Assembly (NCBI GenBank): GCA_963720545.1
Contig: OY970399.1
Span: forward strand, 2,016,001 to 2,080,000
Length of the DNA stretch: 64,000 bases
DNA from: an uncultured Acidobacteriota bacterium
GTDB lineage: Bacteria; Acidobacteriota; Vicinamibacteria; Fen-336
Direction of reading: 5' to 3'
Shown here: one piece after another, positions 33,665 through 41,597 of the stretch
Layout of the letters: every line of letters begins with the position of its first letter
Position numbering within the stretch: position 1 is the first letter of the stretch
The notes under the pieces: generated by a model
What the model saw: only the letters and a program-made list of their open reading frames with translations
Told to the model about the DNA's origin: nothing
The model's database searches: none
Made by a program: the position numbers and the translations under genes

Positions 33665-33673
33665 TGCTATAAT
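33665..33673 (+). promoter_or_regulatory. Extended -10 promoter of tRNA-Glu
   Basis: TGcTATAAT about 21 bp upstream of the tRNA. Confidence 0.6.
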
Positions 33674-33694
33674 TCCGGGGTTCCGCGCATCCGT

Positions 33695-33769
33695 GGCGCT
33701 ATCGTCTAGGGGTTAGGACGGGTGGTTCTCAGCCATCAAACCAGGGTTCGATTCCCTGTAGCGCTACCA
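33695..33769 (+). tRNA. tRNA-Glu(CTC)
   Basis: GGCGCTA acceptor stem with TAGCGCT, anticodon arm GGTGG-TT-CTC-AG-CCATC, GGTTCGATTCC T-loop, encoded CCA. Confidence 0.95.
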
Positions 33770-33884
33770 ACACCGCGGCGGCGCTGGCCAGTAGGCGAGA
33801 CGCGAGACACGGCGATGCCTCGGAATTTTTCAAACTAGGTGCAGACACTCAGAAGATTCGTTAGCAGCCCGGCGTAGCCCGCTT

Positions 33885-34208
33885 GTGGCCTCGGCTGCGG
33901 TAGGGGATTCCCCCCATATCCCAATCGACATCACACGCGCATACTCCAGCTCAATGCCCCTGCAGCGTCTTTACGCGCTGTTGCCTGCACGCTATCCCAA
34001 GCCTCATGCGGAGATCGAGTCTCATGCCACCGTGCTCACCTGGCAAAAGGACGGAGCGTCCCTTCTTCTGACCGTGGGGTCGAATCTCATCGGCTACGCG
34101 GCGGTGATCGACGGCAAGGCACTGCGCGGCACAGCCGTGTTTCCTTTGGATGGCGAGGAACTCCCGGACCCTATTGGAGAGATTCTGGAGAAGATGTTTC
34201 CGACATAG
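33885..34208 (+). CDS. Hypothetical protein
   Basis: Protein-like composition; start uncertain. Confidence 0.45.
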   Translation: MASAAVGDSPHIPIDITRAYSSSMPLQRLYALLPARYPKPHAEIESHATVLTWQKDGASLLLTVGSNLIGYAAVIDGKALRGTAVFPLDGEELPDPIGEILEKMFPT

Positions 34209-34228
34209 GGAGCGATGAGCGTTGAGCC

Positions 34229-35827
34229 CTATTCGTCGACTCCAGCTCGTTTGGCCAGCAACTCGCGCAACGTGTGAAGGTCGGGCGGCTTGGTCATGTG
34301 ATGACTGAAGCCAGCAGCAGTTGATCGTTGCTGGTCCTCTTCCTGGCCCCAGCCCGTAAGCGCGATGAGGATAATGCCGCGATACGCGGAATCGGCGCGA
34401 ATGCGGCGCGCAACCTCGTAGCCGTCCATACCCGGCATGCCGATGTCGAGAAGAACCGCCTCGGGATGAAAAGCCTCGAGGGCCGCGAGTGCGGCATGGC
34501 CACTGTGGCACACGGAGACCGTCGCTCCAAGTGCGTGGAGCAGAGAGCCAAGACTGTCGGCCGCGTCGGCGTTGTCGTCGACAACCAGCACGCGACGGGG
34601 CGGGAAATCAGCGAGCGGCTCAGTAGTACGGCTACCTGGCGACGCGTACTCCTCACGCATCAGCGGCAGGTGGACCAGAAACTCGGTGCCGCCGCCGCTG
34701 CTTGAAGTGCGCGCCTCGACACGGCCGCCGTGCAGTTCCACCAGGCTGCGCACCAGCGTCAGCCCGATCCCGAGACCGCCTTGCGAGCGCCGGTTAGAGC
34801 GGTCGACTTGAGTGAACATCTCGAACACGGCGCCAAGTTGGTCGGGTGGTATGCCAATGCCGTTGTCGAGCACCGAAACGACGCACCCATCGTTCTCACG
34901 TCGCGCGCCCAGCTCGATCCGTCCACCTGGGTTGGTGTACTTCACTGCATTGCCGAGCAGGTTCGCAAACACCTGAGTCAGTCGCATCGCGTCGCCGGCC
35001 ACGACCAGCGACTCGCTTGGCGGCGCGAGGATGAGTTCATGGCCGGCCGCGTTGAGCGCTGGACGACAGGTTTCGGCGGCCGATAGCACGACCAGCCAGA
35101 TGTCGATTGGCTCGCGCTGCACCTCAACCACGCCGCGGGTGATTCGCGAGACTTCGAGCAGATCGTCGACCAGCCGCGTCAGGTGGGTGACCTGCCGCTC
35201 CATGAGTGCCGTCACTCGTGCCACGTCTGGATCCGTGCGGGCAGTCGCCTTCAACAGGTGCAGGCCAGTGGTCAGGGGTGCCAGAGGATTGCGCAATTCG
35301 TGTCCGAGCGTTGCCAGGAACTCGTCCTTGCGCTGGTCGGAGCGTCGCAAAAGTTCCTCGACCTGGACCCGCTCGGCGAGGTTGTCGCGAATCTGATACT
35401 GACGCTCGCGGGCGCGCAGTGCCGTGCGTACAGAACTTACGAGCGTTGCGACCCGCAGCGGCCGTTCGAGAACGGTTACATTGCCGAGGGAGCGGACGGC
35501 ATCGCCGAGATTCGAAGAGTCGGCTCCAGGCCGCGCCAGCACCAGGACCGGCGGGTCCGACCAGGGTGGCTGTTCGGCGAGTGCCCGGGACAACGCGGCG
35601 GTGCGGGTGCCCGACAGGCTCTCCTCCGCGAGCAGCAGGGCCGAAGCGCCGCTGCCCAGCGCCTCGACAATGGCGTCCAGGTCTGGGCAGATCGTGACGC
35701 TGATGCCGGAGGACGACAGCACCGATTCGGCAAGCGCGGCATCCCTGGCGGTGGCAGCGAGCACCAGCACCCGCGCATCGAGGCTTGCAGAGTCGCGACC
35801 TTCTACGACTTTGGCGTCGGTTCCCAC
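34229..35827 (-). CDS. Hybrid sensor histidine kinase/response regulator
   Basis: N-terminal REC-like domain; LGHELRNPL, NLLGNAVKY, DNGIG, GGLGIGL; C-terminal LLDIGMPGMDG. Confidence 0.92.
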   Translation of the reverse strand: MGTDAKVVEGRDSASLDARVLVLAATARDAALAESVLSSSGISVTICPDLDAIVEALGSGASALLLAEESLSGTRTAALSRALAEQPPWSDPPVLVLARPGADSSNLGDAVRSLGNVTVLERPLRVATLVSSVRTALRARERQYQIRDNLAERVQVEELLRRSDQRKDEFLATLGHELRNPLAPLTTGLHLLKATARTDPDVARVTALMERQVTHLTRLVDDLLEVSRITRGVVEVQREPIDIWLVVLSAAETCRPALNAAGHELILAPPSESLVVAGDAMRLTQVFANLLGNAVKYTNPGGRIELGARRENDGCVVSVLDNGIGIPPDQLGAVFEMFTQVDRSNRRSQGGLGIGLTLVRSLVELHGGRVEARTSSSGGGTEFLVHLPLMREEYASPGSRTTEPLADFPPRRVLVVDDNADAADSLGSLLHALGATVSVCHSGHAALAALEAFHPEAVLLDIGMPGMDGYEVARRIRADSAYRGIILIALTGWGQEEDQQRSTAAGFSHHMTKPPDLHTLRELLAKRAGVDE

Positions 35828-37305
35828 GGCCCGCCCGATCCCTCGTACACCGGCATACCGGTCAGCACGCCGCGGAACTCACGGAGCACTTCGCCAACGA
35901 CGATGCCGCCCTGGTCGAGGCGGAACTCGCGGATGGTGCGCTCGTGCCTGCTGCCGCGCTTCTTGACGATCGAGATCGCCTGTCGCAACTCGCCCGCCGC
36001 TTCGAAATAACGCAAGAGCAGTACTGCGTCGGCAAGGTAGGTCGCGTCGATGGGGGTGACCATCTGCGCACCGATGAGCCCCTGGTGCGCTCCGACCAGG
36101 ATCGTTGCGACGTTCTTCTGTCCGAGATATATCAGCAGTTCGTGCAGCTGGATGGTGAGGAAACGTTCTTCCGGCATCGCATTCAGGTAGCCATTCAAGC
36201 TGTCGATCACGACGATGGCGGCCTGGTCTTCGACGGCAACGCTCACCGAGTGCATGAACTCACCGGGCGTCAACTCAGCTGGATCGATCTGGCGCACCAC
36301 CACGATGCCGGCCTCGACGTGCTGTCGCAGGGGGATCTGGAGCGCCTCGCAGCGCGACAAGAGCGTCTTGGGGCTCTCGTCGAACAGGAACATTGCGCCG
36401 CGCTGGCCGCGTCCGGCGGCCGCGGTTACAAACTGAGCCGCGAGCGTTGACTTCCCGGTGCCGGCGGCACCGACGAACAGCGTACTCGTGCCTTGCTCTA
36501 TGCCGCCGCCCATGAGCGTGTCGAGCTCGGTCACGTCGCTCCGCAGTTTGCCGCGGAGCGTGTCAATTCGGTGTTCGGCGGCGACCAGCCGCGGAAACAC
36601 AAGGAGACCGCCGCGGCGGATCACGAAATCGTGGTAGCCGCCACGAAACTGCATGCCGCGATACTTGACTATCCGTAGCCGGCGGCGTTCATTGCCGTAT
36701 TCCGGGTGGCGCTGTTCCAGCGTGACGACACCGTGCGCGAGGCTCTGCATCTGCAGGTCGCGGTCGGTCGCTGTCATGTCGTCAAGCAGCACGACGGTGC
36801 ACTGTCGACGGGAGAAGAACTGCTTGAGGGTCAGGATCTGGCGGCGATAGCGCAGCGGGTTGCCGGCCAGCAGACGCACCTCGGAGAGCGAATCGAACAC
36901 CACCCGCGACGGCTTGAGTCGTTCGACAGAAGTCAGTATCGGCTTCATGGTCGAAGCCAGCTCGACCTCGGAGGGATGGAAAAGGGTGTTTTCATCGTCG
37001 CCTTCGAAAGACGACTCGATCGGGGCCAACTCGTGAATGGCTATGCCGTCCAGGCTCCAGCCATGTGAGCGTGCGACGGCCTGAATCTCCTCGGAGGTCT
37101 CGGAAAAGGTGACGTAGAGGACCACCTCCCCCTGCGCGGCTCCAGCCATGAGGAATTGCAACGCGAGCGTCGTCTTGCCGGTGCCGGGCACCCCTTCGAC
37201 AACGTACATCCGGTTGCGGATGAATCCGCCTGCGAGGACATCGTCGAGGCCGGGTATGTTTGTGGACGCAATGCCGTCAGGGGGTGAAGGCGCCGGTGCC
37301 ACCAT
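35803..37305 (-). CDS. KaiC-like double-domain ATPase
   Basis: Two Walker A motifs (GVPGTGKT, GAAGTGKS), FSET/FDES, DSL, KYRG/KKRG. Confidence 0.9.
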   Translation of the reverse strand: MVAPAPSPPDGIASTNIPGLDDVLAGGFIRNRMYVVEGVPGTGKTTLALQFLMAGAAQGEVVLYVTFSETSEEIQAVARSHGWSLDGIAIHELAPIESSFEGDDENTLFHPSEVELASTMKPILTSVERLKPSRVVFDSLSEVRLLAGNPLRYRRQILTLKQFFSRRQCTVVLLDDMTATDRDLQMQSLAHGVVTLEQRHPEYGNERRRLRIVKYRGMQFRGGYHDFVIRRGGLLVFPRLVAAEHRIDTLRGKLRSDVTELDTLMGGGIEQGTSTLFVGAAGTGKSTLAAQFVTAAAGRGQRGAMFLFDESPKTLLSRCEALQIPLRQHVEAGIVVVRQIDPAELTPGEFMHSVSVAVEDQAAIVVIDSLNGYLNAMPEERFLTIQLHELLIYLGQKNVATILVGAHQGLIGAQMVTPIDATYLADAVLLLRYFEAAGELRQAISIVKKRGSRHERTIREFRLDQGGIVVGEVLREFRGVLTGMPVYEGSGGPWEPTPKS

Positions 37306-37413
37306 GCTGACGCTCCTTGGAAGGCGGCGGCTTGATGGATCGGCTGCGCGCGCCAACAGTGTACTCCGCAATTTCGCGTTGGGTTTAAGTTACCATCGAG
37401 TCGATGGAGCAAG

Positions 37414-39048
37414 ATGGCGGGACTCCGGCTGCCCGCTAGCCGTTTCGGCGCGCACGCCATCGTCGTCCTTGCCGTGTGGCCGCTGCACAGCGCCTTCCTG
37501 GCGATGCTGGAGGCGCGGCGGATTCCCTACTTCCGGGTCGGCTGGTCGCAGGCGGCCGGCGGTTCGGCGGCGGGCCTGGTGCTCCTTCTGCCCGACTTGT
37601 TGCTATGCGCCGCGCTGGCGCTCGGCGTCTTGTGGTTCTTGTTCTCGCACCTCGGCACGACGCCGCAGCAGCGCGGCTTCCGTCTCAAGCTGCTGGCCGA
37701 GCCGGTGCTGCTCTACACGGGGCTCGCTTTCGGCGTCCTGCTCTTTTACCCAGGGGTCTCCGCGCAGCCGATGTTCCGTTGGTTCGGCGAGCTGCCGGCC
37801 GCCACCATCCCCGCCGGCCTGCTGGCTGCGATCCTGCTCGGGTCGTGGCTCCTCGCGGCACCTCGCCGCGCCGCGCGCCTGGCCGCCGCCATCATCCTGA
37901 TCGGGGTGACGGCGCCGGCAATGGTGTTGGTGCGTGGCCGGATTGCCGGTGCGTTCGGCAAGCCCTCCGACCTGGTGGTGCTCGGCCTCGATTCGGTCTC
38001 GCAGCAAGACGACGTCGATGCGCTGCGCGGCTTCATCGCGGAGAGAGGCGGCGCCTGGTACGAGCAGCCCATGACGCCGGGCCTCATGACGAACGCCGTC
38101 TGGGCGAGTGTCCTGACCATGAGCCCGGTGCGCGAGCACGGCATCTTCCACACTTTCCAGCAGTTGCCCGAAGGCCCGGCGCCGCTGCTCCGCGAAGCGA
38201 CCGCGCGCGGCTACCACAGCGTGTCGGTGTTTCCCGATCAGCTCACCTGCGCCGCCGGTTCCGAGGCAGGCTTCGACGTCGATCGCAGCGGTCCGATCGG
38301 TTGGCGCCAGCTGGTCTTGCCGATCGTGGAGAACAACACCCTGCTGCTGCCGCTGCTCAAGCCGCTGCTGCCGCGGTTCTGGCCCTCGGCGGCCCCGCCC
38401 AACCACGCCGGCACCTTCACCTACGACCTCGACCGCGAGCTGCGTGAGATCTTCCTCGCTGGCCGCGGGCAGCGGCCGACGCTGGTGATGGCGCACCTCA
38501 CCTACCTTCACCATGCGGCGTATCCGCGCTATCTCGACCTGACGCGGGCGCAGATCGGCCGCGTGCTCCGGGCACCGGCGCGCCTGGCGCGCGACCGCAC
38601 CTTCGACTGGCAGGCGGGCGACCGGGCGGGCGATCCGATCGCGATCCGCAGCTTCAAGCTGGCGCGCCTTCAGGAGGCCATCGCGAGCGCGGCCGGCGCG
38701 ACAGCCTTCTCGAAGGAAGGCCGCCTCGTGCTCTTCTCGGACCACGGCGACCGCCGCGGCATCACCATGGAGAACTTCGCCGAACCGCGCTTCCACCGGG
38801 TGGTGCTCGCCACCGTCGGCTTGCCGCAGCGGGCCCGCGACGTGCCGCTGTCGCTCATCGACATCGGGACGCTCGCCGGGCTCGCGACGCGGCCGCCGCA
38901 GGAGCCGGCGGTCGAGTTCACGCTGGCGCCGCCGCACATGTGGCCGCGACTGCTGGAGCGCGCCCGGCTGCGCTGGTCGGGCGCCGTGGAGCTCGATTCG
39001 CGGCAATTGGCGCGGGTTTTTGCGACTCTCGAGAAGAGTCCAAGGTAG
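37414..39048 (+). CDS. Membrane protein with alkaline phosphatase/sulfatase-superfamily domain
   Basis: About 5 TM segments; VVLGLDS, AHLTYLH, LFSDHG, SLIDI. Confidence 0.6.
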   Translation: MAGLRLPASRFGAHAIVVLAVWPLHSAFLAMLEARRIPYFRVGWSQAAGGSAAGLVLLLPDLLLCAALALGVLWFLFSHLGTTPQQRGFRLKLLAEPVLLYTGLAFGVLLFYPGVSAQPMFRWFGELPAATIPAGLLAAILLGSWLLAAPRRAARLAAAIILIGVTAPAMVLVRGRIAGAFGKPSDLVVLGLDSVSQQDDVDALRGFIAERGGAWYEQPMTPGLMTNAVWASVLTMSPVREHGIFHTFQQLPEGPAPLLREATARGYHSVSVFPDQLTCAAGSEAGFDVDRSGPIGWRQLVLPIVENNTLLLPLLKPLLPRFWPSAAPPNHAGTFTYDLDRELREIFLAGRGQRPTLVMAHLTYLHHAAYPRYLDLTRAQIGRVLRAPARLARDRTFDWQAGDRAGDPIAIRSFKLARLQEAIASAAGATAFSKEGRLVLFSDHGDRRGITMENFAEPRFHRVVLATVGLPQRARDVPLSLIDIGTLAGLATRPPQEPAVEFTLAPPHMWPRLLERARLRWSGAVELDSRQLARVFATLEKSPR

Positions 39049-39125
39049 CCGGTGCGCCGCGAGACCGGTTGTTATACTCGCTGCGAGATAGCGAGCGCCA
39101 GCGGACGCAGCGGTCGAAGATAGCC

Positions 39126-41534
39126 ATGCGAAGCCCCCTCGAAAAACTCGTCGAAGACTTGCCCGACATGGTCTGCCTGTTCCTGCCGGACGGCCGCCTG
39201 ACGTACGCCAACCGCGCCTATCGTGCGCAGTTCGAGATTGCCGAGGATGCAAACCTCGCTGAGTTCAGCTGGATTCCGCTGGTTCACCCCGAGGACCTGC
39301 CACGCGTCGAAGCGCTCATCGCCAGCGCGACTCCAGCGGCGCCCGAGGTGATCATCGACACCCGCGTCGTCGCCGGGAACGGCACCGTGCGCCTGACGCA
39401 GTGGATCTGCCGCGCGCTCTTCGACGAGTCCGGGCAGTTCCTGGTGTTCACGGCCGCCGGCCGCGAAGTCACCGACCTGAGGCGCAGCGAGCTGGACGGC
39501 GCGCGCTTGTCCGCGATCGTTGCGGATGCGGACGACGCCATCATCAGCAAGACGCTCGACGGCATCATCACCTCGTGGAATCGCGCCGCCGAGTCGATGT
39601 TCGGCTACACGGCCGAGGAAGCGATCGGCCTCCCCATCACCACCATAATCCCGTCCGAACGGCTCCCGGAGGAGGCCGAGATCCTGTCGCGTCTGCGCCG
39701 CGGCGAGGCCATGACCCATTTCGAGACCGAACGGATCACCAAGTACGGCGTGCTGCTGCCGGTGTCCCTCAGCGTCTCGCCGATGCGCGACAGGAGCGGG
39801 CGGATCATCGGCGCTTCGAAGGTGCTGCGCGACAACAGCGAGCGCCGCCGCATCGAGGGCAACTTCCGCAGGACGGTCCAGAACCTCGAGGTCCTGTACC
39901 GGCTCGTCGACCGCATCGCTCGCGCCACCGGCCGCGACGAAGTCTGCGAGGCGGGGCTGGCGGCGATCCTGCTGGTGTCGCGCGCCAGTCGCGCCAGCAT
40001 CCTCACTTTCGACGACGCCGGCGTCATGCGCTTCACCTGCTGGTCCGGGCTGTCCGACGGCTACCGCGCCGCGGTCGCGGGCCACTCGCCCTGGAAGGTG
40101 GACGCCGTCGATCCCGAGCCGATCTTCATCGAGGACGTGGCGGCCGCGACGACTCTCGGCGAGCTCAAGGGAGTGGTGCTTGGCGAAGGCATCAAGGCCA
40201 TGGGCTTCGTGCCGCTCGTGGACCAGGGCCGCCTCCTCGGCAAGTTCATGGTGTACCACGACCAGCCGCACCGCTTCGGCTCGGACGAGGTGCAGCTGGC
40301 GACGGTCGTGGCGCAGCACGTCAGCTTCGGCCTGTCGCGCGCGGCCGCCGACGAGTCGATCGGCCGGTTGCTGGTGCGCGAACAGGGTGCCCGCCAGGAC
40401 GCCGACCTGGCGCGGGCCGAGGCGGTGGCCGCGAACCGCGCCAAGGACGACTTCCTGGCGATGCTGGCGCACGAGCTGCGCAACCCGCTTGGCGTCGTCG
40501 TCAACGCCATAGCGCTCGTGGACGACTCGGTGCTCGACGCCGAGGCGCAGCGCGCGACCGGCATGGTGCGGCGCCAGGCCGCCCACCTCGCGCACCTGCT
40601 CGACGACCTGCTCGACGTCGCGCGCATCACCCGCGGCTACATCGCGCTGGAGCGGCGCGTGCTCGACATACGCACCGCGGTGCGGCACGCGACCGAGGCG
40701 CAGCACCGCATGCTCGAGGCCAAGGGCCAGCTGCTGACGGCGGTGGTGCCCGACACGCCCGTGTGCGTCACCGGCGACCCGGCGCGCCTGCAGCAGGTGC
40801 TCGGCAACCTCATCGACAACGCCTCGAAGTACACGCCCGCGGGCGGTTCCATCTGGGTGGAGCTGGAGGCGCTCGACAACGAGGCGGTGTTGCGGGTGCG
40901 CGACAACGGCAGCGGCATCCCCGAGCAGAGCCTCGAATCGGTGTTCGAGCTGTTCACCCAGGCGAACCCGACGTTGGCCCGCTCCGCCGGCGGCCTCGGC
41001 ATCGGGCTCACAATGGTGCGGCGGCTGGTCGAGATGCACGGCGGTTCGGTGGTCGCGCACAGCAATGGGCCTGACCTCGGCACCGAAATGACGGTACGCC
41101 TGCCGCTCTCCGCCGGCGACGCGCGCGGCGAGCGCCGCGAAACGCCCAGCGTGCCCGCGCTGCGGCGCCGCATCCTGCTGGTCGAGGACAATGCCGACGG
41201 ACGCGAGAGCCTGTGCGCGGTGCTGCGCGGGCAGGGCCACGAGGTGTTCGCGGCCGCGAACGGCCGCGACGGGATCGAGGCGGGCCTCGAGCACCGGCCC
41301 GACGTGGCGCTCATCGACATCGGCCTGCCGGACATCGACGGCTACCAGGTCGCGCGCACCCTGCGCGCCGGCCGCGGGCCCGGCATCCGCCTCATCGCCC
41401 TCACCGGCTACGGCCAGGCGGACGACCGGACGCGGGCGCTGCAGGCCGGCTTCGACCTGCACCTCGTCAAACCGGTCGAGCCGCGCCAACTGAGCGCGGC
41501 GCTCCAGGACCTCGCGGAGATCGGCGCCGGCTAA
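39126..41534 (+). CDS. PAS-PAS-GAF hybrid histidine kinase/response regulator
   Basis: VHPED, DAIISKTLDGIITSWN, LAHELRNPL, DNGSG, GGLGIGL, LIDIGLPDIDG. Confidence 0.92.
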   Translation: MRSPLEKLVEDLPDMVCLFLPDGRLTYANRAYRAQFEIAEDANLAEFSWIPLVHPEDLPRVEALIASATPAAPEVIIDTRVVAGNGTVRLTQWICRALFDESGQFLVFTAAGREVTDLRRSELDGARLSAIVADADDAIISKTLDGIITSWNRAAESMFGYTAEEAIGLPITTIIPSERLPEEAEILSRLRRGEAMTHFETERITKYGVLLPVSLSVSPMRDRSGRIIGASKVLRDNSERRRIEGNFRRTVQNLEVLYRLVDRIARATGRDEVCEAGLAAILLVSRASRASILTFDDAGVMRFTCWSGLSDGYRAAVAGHSPWKVDAVDPEPIFIEDVAAATTLGELKGVVLGEGIKAMGFVPLVDQGRLLGKFMVYHDQPHRFGSDEVQLATVVAQHVSFGLSRAAADESIGRLLVREQGARQDADLARAEAVAANRAKDDFLAMLAHELRNPLGVVVNAIALVDDSVLDAEAQRATGMVRRQAAHLAHLLDDLLDVARITRGYIALERRVLDIRTAVRHATEAQHRMLEAKGQLLTAVVPDTPVCVTGDPARLQQVLGNLIDNASKYTPAGGSIWVELEALDNEAVLRVRDNGSGIPEQSLESVFELFTQANPTLARSAGGLGIGLTMVRRLVEMHGGSVVAHSNGPDLGTEMTVRLPLSAGDARGERRETPSVPALRRRILLVEDNADGRESLCAVLRGQGHEVFAAANGRDGIEAGLEHRPDVALIDIGLPDIDGYQVARTLRAGRGPGIRLIALTGYGQADDRTRALQAGFDLHLVKPVEPRQLSAALQDLAEIGAG

Positions 41535-41536
41535 CT

Positions 41537-41591
41537 TCCTATTGCAGACCCATAGGAGCAGGAGTACATTTCCTATGGTTTGGCAATAGGA
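41537..41591 (+). promoter_or_regulatory. Tandem palindromic operators flanking the promoter of the ADOP permease
   Basis: Two TCCTAT-N9-ATAGGA sites (41537-41557, 41571-41591) around TTGCAG-17bp-TACATT. Confidence 0.7.
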
Positions 41592-41597
41592 GCGTTC

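Noticed and set aside
33770..37413. Integrative element or prophage at tRNA-Glu
   Set aside because: No integrase, transposase or duplicated tRNA 3' end was found in the window.
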